Shown in pieces: positions 37,052 through 44,557 of a DNA stretch of 64,000 bases; position 1 is the first letter of the stretch, and each line of letters opens with the position of its first letter. This stretch comes from Candidatus Nitrosomirales archaeon. GTDB taxonomy: Archaea > Thermoproteota > Nitrososphaeria > Nitrososphaerales > UBA213. Where the stretch lies: NCBI GenBank assembly GCA_049199595.1, contig JBMCYV010000004.1, positions 32,350 through 96,349 of the forward strand, given 5' to 3'. Below the pieces are notes generated by a model. That model searched no databases. It was not told the origin of the DNA and saw nothing but the letters and a program-made list of their open reading frames with translations. The position numbers and the translations under genes are program-made.

Positions 37052-37740
37052 CAGTTAACCACCACAGCTTGAGCTGAACCCTTCGTAACCGAACCTAATC
37101 TGTCCATGAGGTTAGACTGCATAGCAGCTGGTATTTCAATTATTGCTTTGAGCGAACCGTCTGCCTGCCACTCCTCCTTCTGCAACTCTCCAATACTCTT
37201 CAACACACTGTACGACTGCGCGGCAAACTGCGGTGGTATTGTTACCGAAAACTTTAGTCGTTCTGCCTTCAGCGGAAGAATTGCCCTAAGATCATCGATG
37301 ATTGTCTTGGCTTGCTCCTCGGTATTCTTGAAAGGATCGATTACTGCTCTTGCTTCCTCCATTGCCTGTTCGATTCTCAATGGAGGGTGCGGTAAATGAG
37401 TTCTAGGATCAACGTAGCTCTTTGCTATAATCTGCACAATCTGCTTCCTCTTGTCCTCAACAAGTTTCTTCCTCTGCTCTGCGGTCATGTTAAGCTCGCC
37501 TCTCTCAAGTATCATACGGGCAATAACGCCTAGATCAGTTGTCTTGAAGTGTTTCATGAGTTTCTCGTTCGAGATCCTGGTTCCTTTGTTTGCGTCTGCG
37601 TAAATTTCATCTGATGCTAAAACGTTTGAAATATCAGTACGTTTGCCCATCTTGAAGTCCAGAGCTGGATCTGGCTTGACCAGAACTTCAAACTTTTCGC
37701 CTTCAATAGCAAGCCTAACAACGGTTAACTTTGCGGCCAT
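37051..37740 (-). CDS. sdo1: SBDS-family ribosome maturation protein
   Basis: 229 aa. FEVLVKPD... N-terminal FYSH domain. First gene of the exosome superoperon. Confidence 0.92.
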   Translation of the reverse strand: MAAKLTVVRLAIEGEKFEVLVKPDPALDFKMGKRTDISNVLASDEIYADANKGTRISNEKLMKHFKTTDLGVIARMILERGELNMTAEQRKKLVEDKRKQIVQIIAKSYVDPRTHLPHPPLRIEQAMEEARAVIDPFKNTEEQAKTIIDDLRAILPLKAERLKFSVTIPPQFAAQSYSVLKSIGELQKEEWQADGSLKAIIEIPAAMQSNLMDRLGSVTKGSAQAVVVN

Positions 37741-37885
37741 AATAGCCAGTCGCTCTTCCGTGTATATATAATGTATCCCTGAAGTTTGTCTAGTCGCGTT
37801 TAAAGATTGAATATAATCGTAAACAGATAATTACACTATAAACGCACTCCAAATATCCGCAGCAGCATATTCAAGTTCGATACGT

Positions 37886-38050
37886 ATGACACAGATGCAA
37901 CAGGTGCAGGAAACGTCAAAGGAAATTTCATTTGCGCTATGCCCTAGATGTTTTTGGCTAGCAACCTACATGAAGAACGTGGAAAAGGATTGTCCTCAAT
38001 GCAGTGGTAAGATCAGCATACAAACGGTAATTGTATCGCAGAAGTTTTAG
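37886..38050 (+). CDS. small zinc-ribbon protein (54 aa)
   Basis: Hand-translated: MTQMQQVQETSKEISFALCPRCFWLATYMKNVEKDCPQCSGKISIQTVIVSQKF. CPRC...CPQC. Upstream of rpoD. Confidence 0.45.
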   Translation: MTQMQQVQETSKEISFALCPRCFWLATYMKNVEKDCPQCSGKISIQTVIVSQKF

Positions 38051-38133
38051 GTTCTGTGACTTCAGCTTTATGCACAAATAATACATCTGACCGCGAAATT
38101 TTTCGGTAGATTTTTAAGTGGCTGGAAGAGAGT

Positions 38134-38811
38134 TTGACTGAAAAGCGTTTGGCATCGATAGATATTATCGAACAGTCTGATGAGAAGATAGAAGTCAAGT
38201 TCAAGGGCGTTCCCAGACAGTACGTGAATGCTTTGAGAAGGATAGCCTTGAGCGAGGTTCCAACCATGGCCATAGATGATGTTGTAATGCTTGAAAACTC
38301 TTCTGTACTGCACGATGAAGCCATTGCACACCGCTTGGGTTTGATACCATTGAAAACCGAGGTGGATAGGTTTGTGATGGCCCATGAATGCGACTGCAAG
38401 AGTACGCTAGGATGCTCAAAGTGCAGAGTTTTGCTTTATCTTGATGCTGAAGCTCAGGATAAGAGCAGGCCTGTTTTGTCTGGAGAATTAAAGTCTGACG
38501 ATGATTACGTTAAACCGGTTAATGATGATATTCCAATAATCGTTCTTGCCCCGAGCCAGAAATTGAAGGTGGAAGCATATGCAAGGCTTGGAACCGGCAA
38601 GATGCATGCCAAGTGGCAGCCTGTCTCTGTTGCCGTGCTGAAGGAGGTTGATAACGACAAGGAAGAATATATTTTGCTGTTAGAGTCAGTAGGTTCTTTG
38701 AAACCTACAGAAGTGTTGTTCAAGTCGCTTGCAATACTGGACGAAAGGGTAAAGATATTTGGAGACAAGATCAAGGAGCTAAAGGTACATGTTAAATCCA
38801 GTGCTAAATGA
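38134..38811 (+). CDS. rpoD: DNA-directed RNA polymerase subunit D (Rpo3)
   Basis: 225 aa. N-terminal FKGVPRQYVNALRRIALSEVPTMAIDDV, Cys cluster CDCKSTLGCSKC. TTG start. Confidence 0.9.
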   Translation: MTEKRLASIDIIEQSDEKIEVKFKGVPRQYVNALRRIALSEVPTMAIDDVVMLENSSVLHDEAIAHRLGLIPLKTEVDRFVMAHECDCKSTLGCSKCRVLLYLDAEAQDKSRPVLSGELKSDDDYVKPVNDDIPIIVLAPSQKLKVEAYARLGTGKMHAKWQPVSVAVLKEVDNDKEEYILLLESVGSLKPTEVLFKSLAILDERVKIFGDKIKELKVHVKSSAK

Positions 38812-39136
38812 TGCTATCCTAACGGTTAAGAACGCCTACAAGAAGAGCAAGGCGCCGATATGGCTAGCTGTGGGAGACATGCTTGAAAAACGCGGATCAA
38901 GGAGAGTGGAAGTTAACTTGAGCAGGATTGCAAAGAATACGCAAGGCGGAAGCGTAGTTGTTGTACCAGGAAAGGTTCTAGGATCTGGCACGATAAATCA
39001 CAAAATAACACTGTGTGCGTTTACGCTCTCGCAGAGTGCTGCCAAGAAGATTATCGAAGCTGGCGGCAAGATCATCAGCATGAAGGACTTTGTTGAAAAA
39101 TTCCCGGAGGGGAGCAAGGTGACCATAATTGGCTGA
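38789..39136 (+). CDS. rpl18e: ribosomal protein L18e
   Basis: 115 aa. Position and sequence (VVVVPGKVLGSG...) fit L18e. Confidence 0.9.
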   Translation: MLNPVLNDAILTVKNAYKKSKAPIWLAVGDMLEKRGSRRVEVNLSRIAKNTQGGSVVVVPGKVLGSGTINHKITLCAFTLSQSAAKKIIEAGGKIISMKDFVEKFPEGSKVTIIG

Positions 39137-39563
39137 GCGGGTAGTTGTTGACGCTACAAATCATATAGCAGGTAGATTATGCTCCTACGTTGCAAAGATG
39201 CTTCTAAAAGGAGATAATGTTGTAGTACTGAATGCAGAAAAAGCAATGCTTAGTGGAGAAAGATACAGCACGATTAGGCAGTGGCATGAATATCTTGAAA
39301 TAGGAAGTGTAGTGAATCCAATACATGGACCGTTTCATGCCAGAAGACCTGATACGATAATAACAAGAATGGTAAGAGGCATGGTTCCAAAGAGAAAGCC
39401 CAAAGGCATTAGCGCGATGAAGCGGTTGAGGGTGTACATTGGCGTGCCAAAAAATTATGAGGGTGTAAAGGGCAAGGAGTTCGAGGATGCAAAGATAAGG
39501 AAGCCTGTATCCTACTATACAAGTATACATGATCTTGCTAAACTGATAGGGTGGCATGAGTAA
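39129..39563 (+). CDS. rpl13: ribosomal protein L13
   Basis: 144 aa. VVDATNHIAGRL...AVRGMVP.. pattern. Confidence 0.93.
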   Translation: MAERVVVDATNHIAGRLCSYVAKMLLKGDNVVVLNAEKAMLSGERYSTIRQWHEYLEIGSVVNPIHGPFHARRPDTIITRMVRGMVPKRKPKGISAMKRLRVYIGVPKNYEGVKGKEFEDAKIRKPVSYYTSIHDLAKLIGWHE

Positions 39564-40006
39564 TGGTGAAGGTTGAGCTTTATCCAGCGTCAAGAAAGAC
39601 TGCAAGGGCCGCTGCAAGCATAATCAAGGGTTCTGGAAGGGTAAGAATAAACAACATACCAGCGGAGATAATTACCCCTGAATTAGCTAGGGAGATTATT
39701 CTTACGCCAATTGAACTTGCTGGCGAAGCGAGGAATAAAGTAGACATCATAGTTAGAGTCGATGGAGGAGGTCAAATTGGCAGGGCTTTTGCGAGCGCGG
39801 TTGCCATATCCAAAGCCTTGACGGGTCATACTAAGGACGGGAAGGACCCGAAGGATCATCCGTTGCCAAAATCTGTAAGAGAGGAAATAAAGGAAAAATT
39901 GGTTGCCCATGACAAGCACCTGCTTTCGGGCGATCCTAGACAGACAGAACCCAAGAAATTTGGCGGACCCGGAGCCAGAAGAAGGAAGCAAAAGTCGTAC
40001 AGGTAG
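39563..40006 (+). CDS. rps9: ribosomal protein S9
   Basis: 147 aa. GGG..GRA.A...AISKAL, C-terminal ...RRRKQKSYR. Confidence 0.93.
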   Translation: MVKVELYPASRKTARAAASIIKGSGRVRINNIPAEIITPELAREIILTPIELAGEARNKVDIIVRVDGGGQIGRAFASAVAISKALTGHTKDGKDPKDHPLPKSVREEIKEKLVAHDKHLLSGDPRQTEPKKFGGPGARRRKQKSYR

Positions 40007-40420
40007 TATTGAAATCGTACTTGTCTCGACTGAACGCACTCCCTCACGCCATTAAAATTTGTCTGGGATAGGGGTCAATATAAAGGGTATATATAGAAAG
40101 CTTGAAATCAGGAAAGAATTATGGAACGGCATCATTTCTATTTGCAGATTGTTTGCAAATGCAAAATCGTACTTGATCTTACTGAGGGCGTTGCCAAATT
40201 TGGGCTGGAGAGGAGGGAATTTTGATGAACTATAATTCTTGTTCGTAAATATAACGTAGGGTTAAGCACTATGTATTATCGTTTTATTAAGAGTAAAAAC
40301 GCATAACTTTGTAGGCCTCTCCTTTATCGTAATATGGCATTATTCTGATAAATGGTTTACGTATTAATTAACCCTTCAATCATGCATAAGATTAGCCGCG
40401 TGAAAAACTTACCGTGTTCA

Positions 40421-40452
40421 GCGGGATTTGAACCTTGTGTCTTCAGGGGTTC
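40421..40452. repeat. 32-nt perfect direct repeat, copy 1 (contains tRNA T-loop-like sequence)
   Basis: GCGGGATTTGAACCTTGTGTCTTCAGGGGTTC, identical to 42594-42625. Confidence 0.95.
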
Positions 40453-40506
40453 ATATGCAATCTTGTAATAGGCATCAAGAGACTAATTTGGCAATAGCGT
40501 TAATTC

Positions 40507-40598
40507 AGAGCTCGAAGCCCCGAGCGGACTCAGACAGTCTAAGGGGTAGGAGCACCTTGAGTGGCAGAAGCTGTTGGGGTAGCTACATGGCCCCTACC
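40507..40598 (+). other. GC-rich structured segment (candidate ncRNA or leader)
   Basis: 55 of 92 nt are G+C by hand count, within AT-rich flanks. Hairpins GCTCG/CGAGC and GGACT/AGTCT, GGGGTAG motif at 40543 and 40576, GGGG...CCCC pairing, followed by a T5 run at 40601-40606. Confidence 0.3.
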
Positions 40599-40661
40599 AA
40601 ATTTTTCTGGAATCATATTAACCAGTAAGTGCATAATAGCGATGGAAATTCGGGAACTAAC

Positions 40662-40886
40662 ATGCCTGAACCATTATCTGAAGCCGCACGAATAGCTCTG
40701 GCTTTCGTTAGAGACCATCCTGGGCGCACCTTTGAAGAGATACAGGGTAGTTTGGGTATTGGTATGGAGCGGACGTATTGTGCACTAAGAGAACTCATAA
40801 AGCATAAGCTGATCGTGGTTCATAAGATACCATCTCATCCTTCGCAGACTGATATTAAATATTCATTCGTCTTTTATTCAGTATAA
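40662..40886 (+). CDS. small winged-helix protein (hypothetical)
   Basis: MPEPLSEAARIALAFVRDHPGRTFEEIQGSLGIGMERTYCALRELIKHKLIV is wHTH-like. Start taken at the internal Met of the track ORF. Confidence 0.55.
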   Translation: MPEPLSEAARIALAFVRDHPGRTFEEIQGSLGIGMERTYCALRELIKHKLIVVHKIPSHPSQTDIKYSFVFYSV

Positions 40887-41025
40887 ATTGAGGAGCCGTC
40901 TTGAATGCATAGAACTAACTGAAATCTGACAATCTGGGCTGCTTCTTCTGTTCCCAGACTGCTTCAGGAAAAGTGCTTCCGATCCACAAAACTTTTACAA
41001 TTAAACACTAAACTCTAGTAACTGT

Positions 41026-42546
41026 ATGCAATACCATATTTCGACGATCCCTGTTATCATGATCTTATTAGTGTTCATGTCCATTACACACAACGCCGTT
41101 GCAGAAAATGAATGGAAAACTTACAGTGTAACGATTGATGACAAACAACTTGAGATACCCTACAGGATTACTAATGGTGACATACGTGCGATCCAAGTTG
41201 ATGTTGACTTTGGAAGCCTTATAATAAGCATTGACAGCTTTGAAGATGGTTCTATTCAGTTAAAGTTATTCAAGGTAGTGATAGATGCAGATTATGACGA
41301 ATACCTTGTGCTTATTGATGGAGAAGAATCCACATACGACACACTAGAAATAGCATCTGACTTTCGAACAATAGAGATTCCGTTTATTGGTGACACGGAA
41401 GAAATCGAAATAATTGGCAGCAAGTTTGAGCCGTTAGTACCGGTTTCGCAATCAACCGTACGCATTGGAGGTCATCTGATTGATGGATACTATGTTGTGT
41501 ATGCTAACGAACAGAAGGCTACGTGGGAGGCTAGCCCGCTTGTTTTATACAGCAACGGCACACTATCTGTCAACTTGAAAATGAATTATCTGTCGGAAGA
41601 CCCAACAGTAGCCAGGATTTGCCACTGTTATACTGCAACCCAGCCTACGGAGGTAGTGGCTGAAAATATTAAGCCTGTAGCTTCCGCTGTATTTTTGGAT
41701 CTGGGCATTGTTGTTTCCTTTCAGGGAAATGTCGGTGGTTACAGTATCGGTCGAATTATCCCTGCAGAAGCAAATTCCTTAAATGAGAAATCGGCGGAAG
41801 CATTAATAACTTTCAATTTTCCAAACCTTGCAAATAGCACAACCGGAGCTGGTGGACTCACACTGAGGGTTGCATGGGTAAGGATATTTGAGGATGCAGA
41901 TGGCAATAGGTATTATCAATGGATGCAACCACATGAAACGTATGACGAACATTCTGTCGTGAAAGTAAATGAGAAAGGGAATATCTCTGGCTCATTTCTC
42001 GTTTACTACCCAATTCCTGAAGAATATACTCAACCACTGGACACTTTTGATTATGCGCGATGGATAAGAGAAACAATCCTAAAGGTTCAAGACAGGTCAG
42101 TTATTGTCACAGGAAAGGATCAGCCTGACTTTATGAAGCACTTCGTCATAGAACCTAAAGATATCTGGATCAATAAGATGGAATTGGATCACACACGCAA
42201 GGCCGTGGTCGCTTTCCTTGGAGGAACATACTATAATTCTTCCCTTACTCTAAAACTTCCAAGAGAAATGATTGATGCAAAGTCTGATGGGTCAGACAAG
42301 AATTTCCTAGTGCTTATCGATGGAAAACATGAAGCAAAACATTTTCAAATCAATCAGACTAGCTCCTACAGGACATTGCTGATAGAAATACCAGCTGGTA
42401 CAGCCTACGTAAGAATTATTGGAACTACAGTGGTTCCAGAATTTCCTCACACTGCTCTTACGATTTTTTCAGGCGTTGTACTTCTTGCAGTTATCACTAG
42501 ATTAATGCCAAAACCGAGCCGCAGCTATGATATAACAAATAAGTAA
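41026..42546 (+). CDS. surface protein with PEF-CTERM-type sorting signal
   Basis: 506 aa. N-terminal signal/TM. C-terminus is VVPEFPHTALTIFSGVVLLAVITRLMPKPSR (PEF motif, TM helix, basic tail). N- and C-terminal modules are similar (LVLIDGEE...IEIIG / LVLIDGKH...VRIIG). Confidence 0.75.
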   Translation: MQYHISTIPVIMILLVFMSITHNAVAENEWKTYSVTIDDKQLEIPYRITNGDIRAIQVDVDFGSLIISIDSFEDGSIQLKLFKVVIDADYDEYLVLIDGEESTYDTLEIASDFRTIEIPFIGDTEEIEIIGSKFEPLVPVSQSTVRIGGHLIDGYYVVYANEQKATWEASPLVLYSNGTLSVNLKMNYLSEDPTVARICHCYTATQPTEVVAENIKPVASAVFLDLGIVVSFQGNVGGYSIGRIIPAEANSLNEKSAEALITFNFPNLANSTTGAGGLTLRVAWVRIFEDADGNRYYQWMQPHETYDEHSVVKVNEKGNISGSFLVYYPIPEEYTQPLDTFDYARWIRETILKVQDRSVIVTGKDQPDFMKHFVIEPKDIWINKMELDHTRKAVVAFLGGTYYNSSLTLKLPREMIDAKSDGSDKNFLVLIDGKHEAKHFQINQTSSYRTLLIEIPAGTAYVRIIGTTVVPEFPHTALTIFSGVVLLAVITRLMPKPSRSYDITNK

Positions 42547-42585
42547 ATAACAATTCTGTAAATTTATTTTCAAATTAAAAATTAT

Positions 42586-42607
42586 TGGGGCCGGCGGGAT
42601 TTGAACC
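42586..42607 (-). pseudogene. tRNA 3'-terminal fragment (T-loop to discriminator)
   Basis: The minus strand reads GGTTCAAATCCCGC-CGGCCCC-A, i.e. T-loop, T-stem 3' strand, acceptor 3' strand and A73. No matching T-stem 5' strand, anticodon arm or D arm lies upstream. Confidence 0.6.
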
Positions 42608-42625
42608 TTGTGTCTTCAGGGGTTC
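42594..42625. repeat. 32-nt perfect direct repeat, copy 2
   Basis: Identical to 40421-40452. Here it is preceded by TGGGGCCG, the reverse complement of a tRNA acceptor 3' end. Confidence 0.95.
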
Positions 42626-42921
42626 TTGAATACAACATTGGCAACGACAGGAAGGTTACATATTTATCCGAATTGTTAGAATTAGAGTACTAATCCGGAC
42701 AAGGATTTACGTATCAACAATTGCATTGTTGCCAAAGAAACTGTTATAAAATTTACTTCATATTTTAGCTACTGTTAAAGACTGTTCGTTAATGTTGAAG
42801 ATGGCGTAAAACATTCCCGAATATTGATCCAAATTATAGTGTAAAGATGTTAAAGCGATGGATCGATAACCATAAGCCCGTCTTCGGGTTTTAATAGATT
42901 CCACACATCACATGAGTGATC

Positions 42922-43116
42922 TTAACTAAAACCTAATTTTTTCAACATTCTATATACAGTTGATTTTGGGAGGAATGTCTTCCTAGCTATCTCTCTCATA
43001 CTCATGCCCTCTAACCTAAGAGAAAGTACCTCTCCATATTTTTCCTTAGGATATTTGAGCGGTCTCCCTCTTCGCTTTATGTTAATGACCGGAGGTTTTC
43101 CATATTTTGGCGTATT
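42922..43116 (-). pseudogene. remnant encoding a resolvase/recombinase-type C-terminal HTH
   Basis: Open frame with no plausible start: ...KRRGRPLKYPKEKYGEVLSLRLEGMSMREIARKTFLPKSTVYRMLKKLGFS*. Resembles the GRP...HTH tail of serine recombinases. No catalytic domain lies upstream. Confidence 0.4.
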
Positions 43117-43331
43117 CTATTATACCTGCTTCGCCAAACTTTATTCTTTCGTTCGTTCACATATCATGTGTTTAACTTAATAATTACTTTAGTTTGCGCG
43201 TCCGCTAGGCCAGAAGATTTCAAGGAAGCATGCAGAAACTTGAAGAAATAACGCGACACAGAAGAAAACTAATATTGGTACAAAAATTAAGACGACAGTA
43301 GACACGAAATATTCGAAAAGCTTTTCGCAAA

Positions 43332-43547
43332 CTATCTTGCTCTCCTGTAAACTATTTCATTAGACCTCTTAACGTAAACGATCCTGCTTGCAGGTATGGT
43401 CTGAAAATCCTCGGAAAGTTTCAGGAAATCCTGAAGAGGAACTTGTTTGATTTCGTCAAAATCTCTATATCCTATCATATACAGTTTTGGGTCGTCTGCA
43501 TGTAATGCCTTGCTTATTATCTCCTGTAACCTCCCCTTTCTGGCCAT
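43332..43547 (-). CDS. UPF0248/DUF504-family small protein
   Basis: 71 aa. ...YMIGYRDFDEIKQVPLQDF...IPASRIVYVKRSNEIVYRR matches the DUF504 pattern. Confidence 0.7.
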   Translation of the reverse strand: MARKGRLQEIISKALHADDPKLYMIGYRDFDEIKQVPLQDFLKLSEDFQTIPASRIVYVKRSNEIVYRRAR

Positions 43548-43588
43548 GCAAATTAACTGTTAAATAGGTTGTATTAAGTTCTCATGGC

Positions 43589-44074
43589 ATGGGAAAGAAA
43601 GGAAAGGAGATTGTAGGTCCTGCGGTCAACGAAATTGTTAACATGCTGAAACGCGCGTATGCTGATGAGATGATGGCCTTCCACTTTTACTGGTACACGT
43701 CGATCTACATGCAGGGACTGGGATTTGCAACTTTGGCAACGACCTTCAGGAATAATGGAATGGGTGAGCTGAAACATGCAGAGCTACTGGCAGACAGACT
43801 GAATCAATTAGGCTCTGCCGCATTTAGCAATCCAGCAGAATGGGTAAAGAATAGCAACGTGGGTGATGTGGATCCTGAAAAATATCTATCAATGAAAAGT
43901 GCTGTGCAAAAGGCAATGGAGATCGCTGGAACGGTAACAGAACATTACAACGAGATCGCCAAAAAAACACAGCATACTGATTATGTTACATACGAAATAG
44001 TGGCTGGAATACTAACTGAAGAAGTTAAGGAAGAGCAAGACCTAGAAGATATACTTACAAACCTAGAAGTCTAG
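43589..44074 (+). CDS. ferritin-like / Dps-like di-iron protein
   Basis: 161 aa four-helix pattern. ...AYADEMMAFHFY..., GELKHAELLADRL, ...EEVKEEQD. Confidence 0.8.
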   Translation: MGKKGKEIVGPAVNEIVNMLKRAYADEMMAFHFYWYTSIYMQGLGFATLATTFRNNGMGELKHAELLADRLNQLGSAAFSNPAEWVKNSNVGDVDPEKYLSMKSAVQKAMEIAGTVTEHYNEIAKKTQHTDYVTYEIVAGILTEEVKEEQDLEDILTNLEV

Positions 44075-44553
44075 GGAGTGTAGTTAAGTATACCCCCAGC
44101 ATCAATTATTTTTCTTATCAATTCAGAAAAAGGTTTCATCTTGTAAGTTTTGTTTTTTGTAATATTTCTTACCTCTCCCTGCTGTATATCGATCTCTAGT
44201 TGATCTTTGTCGCTTATGTTCTCATACGCATCCTCCTCTATCTCTATGGGCAACAAATGCGCACCGTCAACTGAATTTCTGTAAAATATTCTTGCAAACG
44301 ATAATGCCAGAACTGCCGTAATGCCAGCATGTTTGAGCGCTATAGGTGCATGTTCCCTGCTCGAGCCGCAGCCAAAGTTCTCTCCAGAAACTATGAAATC
44401 TCCCTGTTTTACTTTATTGACAAATTCTTTATCAAGACCTTCCATGGCATGCTTTGCAAGTTCGTCTGGATCCATTATCTTGAGATATGGTCCTGGAATT
44501 ATTACGTCTGTATCAATATTGTTCTGAGCGTACTTGTGCGCTGTGCCCTTCAT
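44071..44553 (-). CDS. leuD: aconitase-family dehydratase small subunit (LeuD/HacB type)
   Basis: 160 aa. NIDTDVIIPG, GENFGCGSSREHAP. Confidence 0.85.
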   Translation of the reverse strand: MKGTAHKYAQNNIDTDVIIPGPYLKIMDPDELAKHAMEGLDKEFVNKVKQGDFIVSGENFGCGSSREHAPIALKHAGITAVLALSFARIFYRNSVDGAHLLPIEIEEDAYENISDKDQLEIDIQQGEVRNITKNKTYKMKPFSELIRKIIDAGGILNYTP

Positions 44554-44557
44554 GCAA

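Noticed and set aside
40012-40185. Imperfect 22-nt direct repeat AAATCGTACTTG.....ACTGA at 40012 and 40164.
   Set aside because: It matches at only 17/22 positions in AT-rich DNA and is not associated with other features. It is probably chance.
40453-40500. C/D box sRNA on the minus strand: GTCT-C-TTGATGC ... CTGA-AGAC with a terminal stem.
   Set aside because: It is only about 44 nt long with no D'/C' boxes, and there is no room for a 10-12-nt guide before the D box. The box C is also imperfect.
40421-40600. Intact, split or permuted tRNA. The minus strand shows GGGGCC at 40590 and CTGAAGA, a Phe-like anticodon loop, within the repeat.
   Set aside because: No cloverleaf could be drawn. The T-stem 5' strand (GCGGG) is absent at both loci, the D-arm candidate lacks the GG, and the acceptor at locus 1 does not pair. 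It is reported as a tRNA 3' fragment and att-like repeat instead.
40428-40628. 66-aa plus-strand ORF from the track.
   Set aside because: It spans the 32-nt repeat and the GC-rich hairpin region, and its composition looks non-coding (Ser/Arg/Gly-rich from structured DNA).
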